From Octopus vulgaris (lineage: Eukaryota), in NCBI GenBank assembly GCA_951406725.2, contig OX597840.1:31496001-31560000 (forward strand): a DNA stretch of 64,000 nucleotides, written 5' to 3'. Positions 1-13,379 of this stretch are shown here, piece after piece (within the stretch, counting starts at the first letter, position 1; each line of letters begins with the position of its first letter). The position numbers were made by a program, and so were the translations under genes. The notes under the pieces were generated by a model that did not search any database, was not told the origin of the DNA, and saw only the letters and a program-made list of their open reading frames with translations.

Positions 1-131
1 TATGCATGACAGCCTTCTTACATTTTCCGTCTGCCGAGTCCACACACAATGTTTTGGTCGACCCGTGGCAATGCCAGAAGACACTATAGGTGTGTGTGTA
101 TGTATGGTATGTATGTGTGTGTGTGTGCGTG

Positions 132-164
<33 letters not shown>

Positions 165-606
165 ACAAGATGCTCCGGTATTATGTGTCTTCTACTCCAT
201 TTCATCTTCAGAACTAATCTCTTTTCTATGGGGGAGGGCTTCTTTTACCAGTCAATTGTTTAAGGTTTCAATCTTCAGTCGGAGATCACTGGTGTGGATG
301 GTAGTCATCCAAAATGCTAATTAAGCTAAGTGGATCACTTCGACATCTGACGTGTGGCACGATGGGCGCATGCGCATGCAAAGTCGATTTGAAGAAGGGA
401 GCGAGCTGATATTTGAAACAACTATTTCATCACTATAAACAAAGCATCTGCCATTTTTTCCCACAATCGTAATATGTGGGTTTTTTACCCTCCACTTGGA
501 TTTTTAATATAGTATTGTGACCCACGGGTACCCTGTCTAGAAGCATTTCGATATCTTCCTGGGCCCCCTGAATGAATGCCGAGATGCTCTGTCCGAGCCA
601 TTTCGT

Positions 607-777
607 GGCGCAGGAGTGGCTGTGTGGTAAGTAGCCTGTCTACCAACCACATGGTTCCGGGTTCAGTCCCACTGCGTGGCACCTTGAGCAAGTGTCTTCT
701 ACTATAGCCTCGGGCCGACCAAAGCATTGTGAGTGGATTTGGTAGACGGAAACTGAAAGAAGCCCGTCGTATATATG

Positions 778-810
<33 letters not shown>

Positions 811-1025
811 GTGTGTGTCTGTGTTTGTCCCCCTAGCATTGCTTGACAACCGATGCTGGTGTGTTTATGTCCCCGTAACTTAGCGGTTCGGCAAAAGAGA
901 CCGATAGAATAAGTACTGGGCTTACAAAAGAATAAGTTCCGGGGTCGAGTTGCTCGATTAAAGGCGGTGCTCCAGCATGGCCGCAGTCAAAATGACTGAA
1001 ACAAGTAAAAGAGAGTAAAGAGAGC
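607..1025 (+). mobile_element. tRNA-derived SINE family A, full length, with internal (TA)n(TG)n tract and (GTAAAAGA)n tail
   Basis: Head GGCGCAGGAGTGGCTGTGTGGTAAG (A-box-like) and GGTTCAGTCCC (B-box-like). Near-identical copies recur throughout the window. Confidence 0.9.
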
Positions 1026-1029
1026 ATGT

Positions 1030-2390
1030 GATTTGGAGAAAGTTGATCTTGTCCGCTCTGATCCACTTCTGACACCTTTACACGGGAAGTACGTCTCCGC
1101 ATATAGGTTGGCTGAAGCACCATTTCTTTAGTTTTCAGAAGTTTCACAGAATACCCGCGGGCCATCTCCTCTGTGGCAAAACGCACCTCCACGGTGCCAT
1201 ATGTCATGCCCCTTGCAATGTAAGTTATGCCTTTCTGTATAGGGACAAGGCATTTTTCAATTTCTCCGTTTCAAAGTGCTTGAAGCGCTTATTTCTGTAC
1301 AGTAAGTTTTAAGCAAAATTGTTTTTCTCTCTGTATCCACAGTTTAGGAGGAGGGTGATATTTTCAAGTGCCTGTCCAACAGTGATTGCATCATCCATAC
1401 TCTCAACAACGCGCCCTTAAATATGGTTTCTGATTATAAATATCTTGGGTCATACATATCATCATCTGGAAAAGATTTTCTAACTAGAAAGGGTATGGCC
1501 TGGTCAGCCTGTAATGACATGCATAAGATCTGGTCATCAAATCTAAGTAGAGACTTCAAACTTGAAATATTCAAAGAAACAGTCGAACCAATTCTACAAT
1601 ATGGCTCAGAAACCTGGACGTTATCAAAGAAGCTTGAGAGGCGGTTGGATGGAACCTACACTCGCCTCCTTATGAGAGCTCAAAATCTCTCGTGGAAGCG
1701 CCATCCAACCAAAATGCAAATATATGGGAAACTACCACCTGTGTTATCTCTTGTGAAAGGTAGGAGAGTCCAGTTTGCTGGACATTGTTGTAGAGCTGAA
1801 AAAGAAATAATTTCTACTCTTCTCCTCAGGAAGCCATCTACTCGCAATACCAGAGGGCGCACACTCTCCTACCCTGATGTAATCTCCAAGGATACAGGCA
1901 TCCAGCAACAGGACCTCCGTAATGCCATGATGGACCGTGAAGTCTGGCGTAGCATGGTAAACTCCATTGTCTCGACCACGGTCGAACAATGATGAATGAT
2001 GATATTTTCACACCACCGTTCTCCTCTTTCATTCTTTTGAAATATTCCTATAGCATTCCTACAGAACTATCAATATTTTCTTTTGCCACTGCGGCAATCG
2101 CCGAACATTTCTTCAAAGTATTAGCACTGCTGCCAACATCAACATTACTATCTTCGACAGTACACTTTTGTCTAATAATTTCGACGGACATACTCGGCCG
2201 AAATTAATAACTAAAGAGCAAAGAAAACACAAGAATAAAATAATTTAAATTCTCCTCAAGAACTGGTCAACAGTTCAAAAACAGTTCAAAAACAGTTCAG
2301 AACAGTACGACACAGTTTAAAACGGTTCAAAACAGTTCAATTCCCGACACCGCTGGTGGGCGGGACTCACAAATAAGTCTGCAAAGACTT
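1030..2390 (-). pseudogene. Decayed ORF1-like (gag/RRM) region and 5' UTR of a putative L1/Tx1-type LINE, interrupted by an RTE insertion
   Basis: Minus-strand frame ...IARGMTYGTVEVRFATEEMARGYSVKLL... Further coding-like sequence lies beyond the RTE (MSVEIIRQKCTVED..., about 2190-2000), with stops and frameshifts. AACAGTTCAAA repeats lie upstream. Family call is by resemblance only. Confidence 0.35.
1410..1997 (+). mobile_element. 5'-truncated RTE-clade LINE (RT C-terminus; ORF 1423-1992)
   Basis: Motifs YKYLGSYI, ILQYGSETW, RRVQFAGH and DREVWR; stop followed directly by a (TGA)n tail. Confidence 0.9.
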
Positions 2391-2393
2391 TAA

Positions 2394-2976
2394 CCCCTTA
2401 CCCGGCAAAAACGAATATATTCGTTTTGACCGGAATCGTTTTTTTCTATCTCTGGCGAGTTAACTCGTCAAAAGATAGACTCGCCAAAATCGACAGCAAA
2501 CGAGTTCCTTCGTCTATTATAAACTCTTTTTTGACATATACGAGTATATTCGCTCACTTTATACGTCTGGCAGTGACGATTTCTGCCACCTTTCGCTTGA
2601 GTAAGGCATTGAAGACCGAGTATGATTTAGTCACCTGGAGAAAGTCGAAGGGTTGGAAGGCACATTTTATGAATAGAAGTATTCACTTTGTTTTTACGTT
2701 GTTTTTTTTATACCTTTATATTATAACCCCACCATGTCGATAACCAAATAAAATAACATGATTTTTTGTAAAAGTAATATGATTTATGAAAAAAACGGGT
2801 TAACTCGTTTCTGCCCAAAGCGGTAATTTAAAATCAATATTATTGAATTAAAATTCATAATAAATAAGGTTTGAAATAAACCTCGAAATCACCATTCAAA
2901 ACATAGTGAAATAAAACAATTAAAAAATATGTCTGAAAAAATACATTTATTTTCAAAATAATTGTTGGGTAAGGGG
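2394..2976 (+). mobile_element. piggyBac-type non-autonomous DNA transposon (MITE)
   Basis: TTAA|CCCCTTACCC ... GGGTAAGGGG|TTAA termini. A second copy lies inverted at 51517-52098. Confidence 0.85.
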
Positions 2977-3127
2977 TTAAAACAGTTCAATTTTTTAAAC
3001 GAAGGATATATACAATGTCACAACGGGCACAGACAATATGTAACAATTTCTATTTCCCGTAACAGAGAAACAGAACCGTTCAACAAATAATAGTAACAAG
3101 TTCAACATTACCAACAGTAGTGGATGT

Positions 3128-3746
3128 GGAAGCACTCCGTCGGTTACGACGATGAGAGTTCCGGTTGATCCGAATCAACGGAACAGCATGCTCGTGAAAT
3201 TAACGTGTAAGTGGCTGAGCACTCCACAGACACGTGTACCCTTAACGTAGTTCTCGGGGATATTCAGCGTGACACAGAGAGTGACAAGGCCGGCCCTTTG
3301 AAATACAGGTACAACAGAAACAGGAAGTAAGAGTGAGAGAAAGTTGTGGTGAAAGAGTACAACAGGGGTCTCCACCATTCCCTGCCGGAGCCTCGTGGAG
3401 CTTTAGGTGTTTTCGCTCAATATGGAAGCACTCCGTCGGTTACGACGACGAGGGTTCCGGTTGATCCGAATCAACGGAACAGCCTGCTCGTGAAATTAAC
3501 GTGTAAGTGGCTGAGCATTCCACAGACACGTGCACCCTTAACGTAGTTCTCGGGGATATTCAGCGTGACACAGAGAGTGACAAGGCCGGCCCCTTGAAAT
3601 ACAGGTACAACAGAAACAGGAAGTAAGAGTGAGAGAAAGTTGTGGTGAAAGAGTACAGCAGGGATCACAACGCCCGGTCAGGGAATCGAAACCGTGATCC
3701 TACGACTGCGAGTCCGCTGCCCTAACCACTGGGCCATTGCGCCTCC
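3128..3746 (-). mobile_element. tRNA-derived SINE family C, dimer of the body
   Basis: Head GGAGGCGCAATGGCCCAGTGGTTAGGGCAGCGGACTCG..GGTTTCGATTCCC at the right end; body repeated with junction TGCTTCCATATTGAGCG. Confidence 0.85.
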
Positions 3747-4327
3747 TCTTCCATATTTACCCCTTTAATGAATCCAGGCGATAATGTTTTTATAGTTACT
3801 GTTTACAGGATAAATTCGATCAGGTATCGACCGAAGGCCTATTGCATTGCTCAGTTACGAGAATTTATTTTTACAGTTTAAACTTGCACGGGTTTGACTT
3901 AGTCTTTTAATGATTCAAACAGGGTCGATGCTGGACTAATGTTTGAAATGGCCCACGTGCCATATGTAAATATGCAAAGAAGGTAGTATGCATTAACAAA
4001 GTAAATTTGTCAACAAAGGCTCTTTGACACACAATAAGTAAAAGTAGGTTACACGCGTAGCTATTTTCATAGCATCTCATATTATTCTTGCTTTATATAC
4101 ATGCACATATGCATATATACGTGTGTGTGTGTGTGTGTATTGTGTATATGAATGTATATAGTATATATGTATATGCGTATATATGTAAATGTATAGACAT
4201 GCAAGCATATGAACATACATTCATAAATATATATAAATATATAAATATATATATATATATGTATACATTTATATATACATATATGTGTGTGTTTGTATCT
4301 ATTTATATCTATCTATCTATCTATCTA

Positions 4328-4410
<83 letters not shown>

Positions 4411-4437
4411 ATTTATGTATATCTATTCTCTCTCTTT

Positions 4438-4486
<49 letters not shown>

Positions 4487-4507
4487 ATGTATATATGTAT
4501 ATATATG

Positions 4508-4565
<58 letters not shown>

Positions 4566-4738
4566 TATATGTACACATATATTGTTATGCGTGTGTCTTC
4601 CGCAAAGAGCAGCGCGATAAATTTTCGTGCAGCACTTTGGAGCAGTCGATAATTTGGGATCCCGAATTAGGGCGAATTTAATGTAAACAGTGAAAGCAAA
4701 AACAAAACAATCACGAAGCGGGAAAACGAATTAAAACA

Positions 4739-4769
<31 letters not shown>

Positions 4770-4929
4770 TTAAACAGGCCTTTGTTTTGTTTTATTCGTT
4801 TGTTTTGTTCTTTCGTTTCTTGGTAATCATCAGCAGAGAAATGGAAAATCTATATCACGTGATGTTATTAATTTTACGCCTTCACGAGACTGCACTTTGG
4901 ATGTCGCAAGAGACTAATGCACCACATAC

Positions 4930-5038
<109 letters not shown>

Positions 5039-5060
5039 TATAATATATATATGTATGCAT

Positions 5061-5101
<41 letters not shown>

Positions 5102-5526
5102 CATATATATATATATATATTATATATATATACATATACACACATGTATATTTATAGATATATATATATATATGTGTGTATATATATTTATAAATTCATG
5201 TATATATATATATTTATATATAAATACATGTGTGTGTATATTTATATATAATATATATATACGTACACATACACTTATATATACATATATACGTATATAT
5301 ATATATATATATATGTACACACATATATATGTATATATATGTATGCATCTTTATATACATATATATGTGTACACGTGTATATATATGTGTATAAATGTAT
5401 GTATATAAGTATACATACACACATATATATATATGGAATATATAAATGTGTGTATATATATATATATATATACACACGCATATATATACATATATATATG
5501 TATGCTTGTGCGTATATCTATATATC

Positions 5527-5593
<67 letters not shown>

Positions 5594-5954
5594 ATGTACG
5601 TATGTGTGTAAACTGAAATAGGAAAAAGGTGTGTTGTAACTAAATGTAAATTTAGCAAACATGCTAAAAACACACACACACACACACACACATATATACA
5701 TATATATATACACATACATACATACATACATACATACATACATACATACATACATACATACATACATGCATACATACATACAAACATACATGTATACATA
5801 CATTTATACATACACACAAACATACATACATACATGCATGCGTAACGTTACATATACGTGTATATGTATATACAAATTTGCATATGTGTGTGTATGTGTG
5901 CGCGCATGCAATAATAACTGTATGTGTTTATGTATTTACATCATTTTGTTATTC

Positions 5955-6597
5955 TTTTACTTGTTTCAGCCATTTGACTGCGGCCATGCCGGAGCACCAC
6001 CTTGAAACACTTTAGTCGAACAAATCGACTGTAAGACGTATACTTTCCATGGGTAGTATTTATTCTATCGGGTAGTTTTGCCGAACCGCTAAGTAACGCG
6101 GTCGTAAACACACCAGCACCGGTTGTCAAGCAAGGCGGCGAGCTGGCAGAATCGTTAGCACGTCGGGCGAAATGCTTAGCGGTATTTCGGCTGCCGTTAC
6201 GTTCTGAGTTCAAATTCCGCCGAGGTCGACTTTGCCTTTCATCCTTTCGGGGTCGATACATTAAGTACCAGTTACGCGCTGGGGTCGATATAATCGACTT
6301 AATACCTATGTCTGTCCATGTTTGTCCCCCCTGTGTGTAGCCCCTTGTGGGTAATAAAGAAATAGGTTGTCAAGCAGCGATGGAAGAATAAACACAGACA
6401 CAAAGGCACACATATAAACACACGCATACGCATATACGACGGGATTCTTTCGGAATCCGTCTACAAAATCCACTCACAAGGCTTTGGTGAACCCGAGGCT
6501 CATACTAGAAGACAATGGCCCAGGCCCAAAGCAGTGGGACTGGATCTCGGAACCATGTTGTTGGGAATCAATCTTCTTACCTCACAGCCGCACCTGT
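5955..6597 (-). mobile_element. SINE family A copy interrupted by a SINE B insertion
   Basis: SINE A halves flank SINE B; TSD GGTTGTCAAGCA at 6121-6132 and 6366-6377. Confidence 0.8.
6134..6364 (+). mobile_element. tRNA-derived SINE family B carrying a Deu/Nin-like central domain
   Basis: GGCGGCGAGCTGGCAGAA head, GAGTTCAAATTCC B box, and GCCTTTCATCCTTTCGGGGTCGATA..AAGTACCAG, which resembles the Nin/DeuSINE core. Confidence 0.85.
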
Positions 6598-6649
6598 ATC
6601 TATTTCCAGGAATATATTACACACCGCCCTTTCTCTCTCTGTCTCTCTC

Positions 6650-6686
<37 letters not shown>

Positions 6687-6694
<8 letters not shown>

Positions 6695-7166
6695 ATTTCG
6701 GAATGCTCATTTTGCCAGTTTAGCCAATAAAAACACACGCACTATATATTTGGTGCTACTTTGCTTCAGCGTTATTATACATACATGCATACATGCATAC
6801 ATACATACATACATACATACATACATACATACATACATACATACATACATACATACATACAAACGTACATACATACATACATACATACATACATACATAC
6901 ATACATACACACATACATACATACATACATACACACATACATACATACATATCATACATACACACATACATACATACATACATACATACATACATACATA
7001 CATACATACATTATAATAAGATTAAGATTAATCTTAATCTTATTTCGGCCACATTAAGATTAATGTAAAAAAATAAATAACGCTGAAGCAAAGTAACACC
7101 AAATATATAGTGCGTGTGTTTTTATTGGCTAAACTGGCAAAATGACCATTCCGAAATACAACAATA
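6687..7166. repeat. About 90-bp inverted repeat (6687-6776 / 7076-7166) enclosing a (CATA)n tract
   Basis: TTGTTGTATTTCGGAATG...CTTCAGCGTTATT matches its reverse complement, with 2 mismatches seen. Confidence 0.85.
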
Positions 7167-7208
7167 TCTGTTTCAACACCCGATTTCACATAAAAATTTT
7201 GCAAAACA

Positions 7209-7250
<42 letters not shown>

Positions 7251-8445
7251 CATATATATATATCCATACATCATACATACATACATACATACATACATAC
7301 ATACATACACACACACATATATATATATATATACGTATTATATATATATATGTAAGTATACAAACATACATATGTACACACATACATACGTACATACATA
7401 CATATATGCATACATGCATACATATATACATATATATATATATATACATACCTGCAGTGAAAGTACTCATACCAACACTTGCGCTGCTTGATTGGACACT
7501 TGAGATCCGAACCATTGATGTGAAAACCCGAAACATACTAACAAGCACACATAATTTCCACATAAACAGTGATGTAGTGCACCTCTACCTGAAGCGAAAA
7601 TAAGGGCGATAGAGGCTTGACATCGATCCAAATTGCCCTTGAGTGTCGTATTTAACTCTGTTAAAAAAGATTTGCGCAAAGTGGGACTGAACCCGAAAAC
7701 ACGAGATGACAAAGCTAGCTTCTTGACCACACAATCACGTCATGCCTGCGCCTATAACACCGCATCAATGCCTAACGTTTGATGAATTAATTTTTGAATG
7801 CGTGAACATTAATTTAGTCAAATTACAGTGATTCAAATCATGGTTTTCTTTTGCTGGCGCTCCGTCGGTTACGACGACGAAGGTTCCAGAAGATCCAATC
7901 AACGGAACAGCTTGCTGGTGAAATTAACGAGCAGGTGGCTGAGCCCTCAACAGACATGCTTACCCTTAACGTTGTTCTCAGAGAGATTCAGCGCCAGAGT
8001 GTGACAAGGCTGGCCCTTTGAAATACAGGTATCACTCATTTTTGCCAGCTGAGTGGATGGAGCAACGCGAAATAAAGGTCTAAGTTCGTAGTATTTTTTT
8101 CTCACTCTTTTCACTTTTTCGTTTTTTTTCTCTTTTTTCTCTCTCTCTTTCTTCCTCTCATTTTCTCTTCCTGTTCTCATTTTGACCTGTCTCATCCCTC
8201 TCACCCCCCCGCCCCCCCAATCTATTCACAAATGCTACCAATACATTCTCGAATTTTCATTCACACAACAGGACCCTTTCGAATGAGCATCACAGAATCC
8301 ACGGTTCCAAACTTTGAAATTACTAAACATGAACTACTATTGGAACTTACATACCATGGACAGGAAACTTTTTTTTACCAATTCTATACACCACTTTCCT
8401 CGAATAATGGAACTGCAGCTACAATATCTTTATATATATTCCATA

Positions 8446-8832
8446 TGGAGGCGCAATGGCCCAGTGGTTAGGGCAGCGGACTCGCGGTCATAGGATCGCG
8501 GTTTCAATTCCCAGACCAGGCGTTTGTGAGTGTTTATTGAGCGAAAACACCTAAAAAGCTCCACGAGGCTCCGGCAGGGGGTGGTGGTGATCCCTGCTGT
8601 ACTCTTTCACCACAACTTTCTCTCACTCTTACTTCCTGTTTCTGTTGTACCTGTATTTCAAAGGGCCGGCCTTGTCACTCTCTGTGTCACGCTGAATATC
8701 CCCGAGAACTACGTTAAGGGTACACGTATCTGTGGAGTGCTCAGCCACTTACACGTAAATTTCACGAGCAGGCTGTTCCGTTGATTCGGATCAACCGGAA
8801 CCCTCGTCGTCGTAACCGACGGAGTGCTTCCT
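8446..8832 (+). mobile_element. SINE family C, full length
   Basis: Complete head and body; flanking TSD TATATTCCATA. Confidence 0.9.
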
Positions 8833-8967
8833 ACCTCCTATATATTCCATATTTTTATTTCTACTTTCATTCTCTTATTTCCCTCTATATACCCTCATCT
8901 TCTCCTTTTCCATAATAATTCTTTATCTCGAACTCAAATATTTATCTCTATTTAACCATCTCACATC

Positions 8968-9015
8968 GTCTCTGTTGAAGGAATATCCATAATATCCCAG
9001 AAAAAGCTGCAAGAC
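8968..9015 (+). ncRNA. Degenerate type I hammerhead ribozyme
   Basis: GTCT-CTGTTGA-A-GGAATAT..ATATCC-CA-GAAAA-AGCT-GCA-AGAC. Stem I is perfect but the core is mutated. Same family as 48850-48893. Confidence 0.5.
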
Positions 9016-9037
9016 TATATCTATATCGTGACACATA

Positions 9038-9155
9038 TTTGCCATTTGAATGTGGCTAACCCCTAAGGGTGGATGCTACTGTAGTTTGTAGCCCCTGGAA
9101 GATACAAACTACAGTAGCATCCACCCTTAGGGGTTAGCCATATTCAAATGGTAAA
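9038..9155. repeat. Near-perfect hairpin, 53-bp arms, 12-nt loop
   Basis: 9038-9090 versus 9103-9155. Confidence 0.9.
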
Positions 9156-9439
9156 AGCGTCACGATGTATTACCGCTACTGTTTATAACTCGCTCTGAGA
9201 TTTATCATTGTATATCTATATCTTTTTCCTTATAAATGTCCTGAAAACTCCTCACAGTCTTGGGTTTGTTATCTCATTTTGTCTAATATATATATGCATG
9301 CTAAATACAAGACCCATATTAGACTCCTTACGCGTATTACTATCGAACAAAGAGTTTAACTACGGTCTGTCCATAGCACTTAGCGTTACCTGCCACTCTT
9401 TGAGTCTTCTAGATATCAATACCTCTCATACCTTCACGA

Positions 9440-10467
9440 TATATGTATGTATGTACGTATGTATGTATGTATGTATGTACGTATGTATCAATGTATGTAT
9501 GTATGTATGTATGTATGTATGTATTATGTATGTATGTATGTATGGATGGATGGATGGATGTATGTATGTACGTATGTATGTAGTATGTATGTATGTATGA
9601 ATGTATGTATGTATGTACGTATGTATGTATGTACGTATGTATGTAAGTACGTATGTAATGTACGTATGTATGTATGTATGTATGTATGTATGTACGTATG
9701 TATGTATGTATGTACGTATGTATGTAAGTACGTATGTATGTATGTACGTATGTATGTATGTACGTATGTATGTATGTACGTATGTATGTATGTACGTATG
9801 GAATGTACGTATGTATGTATGTATGTATGTATGTATGTATGTATGTATGTATGTATGTACGTATGTATGTACGTATGTATGTATGTATGTATGTATGTAT
9901 GTATGTATGTATGTATGTATGTATGTATGTATGTACGTATGTATGTAAGTACGTATGTATGTATGTGCGTATGTATGTATGTACGTATGTATGTATGTAC
10001 GTATGTATGTATGTACGTATGGAATGTACGTATGTATGTATGTATGTATGTATGTATGTATGTATGAATGTATGTATGTATGTATGTATGTATGTATGTA
10101 TGTATGTATGTATGTATGTATGTATGTATGTATGTATGTATGTATGTATGTATGTATGTACGTATGTATGTAAGTACGTATGTATGTATGTACGTATGGA
10201 ATGTATGTATGTACGTATGGAATGTATGTATGTACGTATATGTATGTATGTACGTATGGAATGTACGTATGTATGTATGTATGTATGAATGTATATATGT
10301 ACGTATGTATGTATGTATGTATGAATGTATGTATGTATGTATGTATGTATGTACGTATGTATTTATGTATGTACGTATGTATGTATGTACGTATGTACGT
10401 ATGTACGTATGTATGGATGGATGGATGGATGGATGGATGTATGTATGTATGTATGTATATATGTATG

Positions 10468-10498
<31 letters not shown>

Positions 10499-10890
10499 AT
10501 ATGTATGAATGTATGTATGTATGTATGTATGTATGTACGTACGTATGTATGTACGTATGTACGTATGTATGTATGTACGTATGTATGTACGTATGTATGT
10601 ATGAATGTATGTATGTATGAATGTATGTACGTATGTATGTATATACGTATGTATGTATGTACGTATGTAATGTACGTATGTATGTATGTATGTACGTACG
10701 TATGTATGTATGTATGTATGTACGTATGTATGTATGTATGTACGTATGCATGTATGTATGTATACATGTACGTATGTATGTATGTATGTATGTATGTATA
10801 TATGTATACATGTACGTATGTATGTATGTATGTATGTGTGTATGTATGTATGTATGTACGTATGTATGTATGTATGCATGTGTGTATGTA
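9440..10890 (+). repeat. (TATG)n tetranucleotide microsatellite with TACG/TGGA variants, about 1.45 kb
   Basis: Direct reading. Confidence 0.95.
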
Positions 10891-11206
10891 GGGCTCTGAG
10901 TTGGCCAAACTTTCATTACGGTAATGCCAGACTATGTTGCGTTGCTGGAGATCTGTGGCATGGGCTCTGTCATGCTGAAAAATCTCACCTTCATCGTAGT
11001 CTGGTAATCAAATTGTCCTTCAGCTACAGGATGTATTTAGCGCTATTCAGTTACCGTCAATTTTAACCAACGTTCTTGAACCTTCACTTTTTATGTATTC
11101 CCAAAGCATCAAACTCTTACCCCCAAATTTCACAGTTTTGTCGTTTAACGTGGGCCTTATCGTTTTCTCATAAGCGAGAATTTGTCAGAAGGCCTCCAGG
11201 AACGCC

Positions 11207-11285
11207 TCTGACGTGAATTTGCTACCCGGGTATCGGTTAACCGAATTGTCCATACTAGGATAATTCATTCACTTACTTAAATTTT

Positions 11286-11345
<60 letters not shown>

Positions 11346-11399
11346 AAATTATATATATAATTCGGTTAACCGATACCCGGGTAGCAAATTCACGTCAGA
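11207..11399. repeat. 41-bp perfect inverted repeat flanking (TA)n
   Basis: TCTGACGTGAATTTGCTACCCGGGTATCGGTTAACCGAATT at 11207-11247 and its reverse complement at 11359-11399. Confidence 0.9.
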
Positions 11400-12206
11400 A
11401 AACACTGTTGAAGCTACATGCCAAGGGCAGAAATCACGTGCTTTCGTGTGGAAATTTGTGTGTTTTTTTAACTATAACTAAATGAAAGAATGGAGTCGAA
11501 TGACGATTTAACAAAATTCCTTTATTCTCGACACATGTTTCGAAGACTGCATATTCTTAATTCCGAAGAAATAAAGGGTGCATATACACTATTTTATATT
11601 GAGAATGTTTTTTTCATAACCTTTTATATATATATATATATATATTCGCCATGGTAGATCGCTAGCCACTACACATTCTTTATTTTCTCTATTTATTTCT
11701 GTGTTCCTTTCTGTGGAAGAGCGTAGGCTCGAAATGTTAAAGACTTTTTTTGCTTTCTGAGCGTTATACTAATACATATGTTTGTTGTCTACACCACCTG
11801 TCTTCGTCTTTTGTTTTTTTGTGAATTCACCCCCTATATATATATATATATATATATATTTTTTAAAATAGTGTACAGTTAAACACAAAAGAAAACTACC
11901 ATTTAACAGGTAATTTCTACATGCTAGCAGAAGCAGCCAACATGGCCAAAACCACGATTTAATAGCAATTTTCGAAGGAAATGAAAATAATAACTTTTAC
12001 CTTATTATTTGTATTTGCGGTTATACCATGGTTTCAAATTTCTTTTGCAAATAAGATTATCTGCCACCATTTAATAGGTAATTGAGCAAAACAATATTAT
12101 CCACCACTATTTTAAAATGTGAATATGTTGTCTATTGACTAGTTATACATGCTAGGCCACTGGTGGTGATATTTATAACGAATATTCGCTAACCTATATA
12201 TATATA

Positions 12207-12276
<70 letters not shown>

Positions 12277-12519
12277 GTATATATATATAAGAAGCAGCTT
12301 CCGTCTCCCAAATTTGTTCACAGTCTTGTGAAGCCCCGAGTGCCATAGCAGATGAAAATTGCCCAAGCTGGTGTAGCTCTGTGGGGTTGAACCCGAAACC
12401 TCTTGGTTTAGAAAGTGTGCTTCTTACCCAACACACACATACAGTTTTACATAAAATATGCAGTATTTTACATATACACATACGCGTAAATATATATATA
12501 TATATGCATGACACACACA

Positions 12520-12610
<91 letters not shown>

Positions 12611-12792
12611 GCACTGACACACATAAAATGTGTAGTCACTTCTTGGAGGTATTTTTTTCCTTATCTTCGAGTTTATTGGCATATATTTAGTTCACTAATT
12701 TTCTTTTAAGTCCTGAAAAAAATTTTCAACGCCTTACATACATACAGGCCTATATATATATATAGACACATGTGTATGTGTGTATATGTGTG

Positions 12793-12826
<34 letters not shown>

Positions 12827-13379
12827 CTAGAAAGGTTTAAAACAAATGGAATCCTTTAATCCCCCACCCCTCACCTCCAGTATCAGAAAATAAGGCAAGG
12901 AATAAAAAATCGGAAAAAATTTTTCCTTTGATCCCTCTAATTAATATGTGTTTGTGTGTTGTGTATAATGCGGTACGGCGCGGCGCGGTGCGGTGTTGTA
13001 CGTACGTGCGGTGCGGAGTGGTGCTGCATGTGTGCGTAAGACGTGGATATGTGGTGGGGGCTTCGGTATCGAATTCCCTGTAGGGAAACATGTAAGTCTT
13101 CGAGATCTTTACAGGAAACTGGAATTCCTTCCTCGAAGATTCTCAATCCGATTCCTTCGTGTGTTTACTGCTGCTGTTGATGGTTGTCGATGGCGGAGGC
13201 GGGGTTTCGATACTGGTGGCGGCGTCTATGAGTGATGGTTGTTGTTTTGTTTGTTGTTGTTGTTGCCGTTGCTGTTCGTGGTGGTATTGGTGGTTGTGTT
13301 GGTGGTGGTAGTGGTGGTGGTGGTAGTTGAGGCGAAGTTAATGACGGCTTTGGGGGCGCTGGTGATTGCGTCGGCAATT

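Noticed and set aside
2426-2743. 105-aa ORF conserved in both piggyBac-type MITE copies
   Set aside because: TTG start, no transposase motif recognised; conservation is explained by copy similarity
8446-8520. SINE heads as true tRNA genes
   Set aside because: Always fused to the SINE body and tail with TSDs; no intact cloverleaf evident
9426-10916. 496-aa HTYI-repeat ORF
   Set aside because: (CATA)n microsatellite, open in nearly all frames
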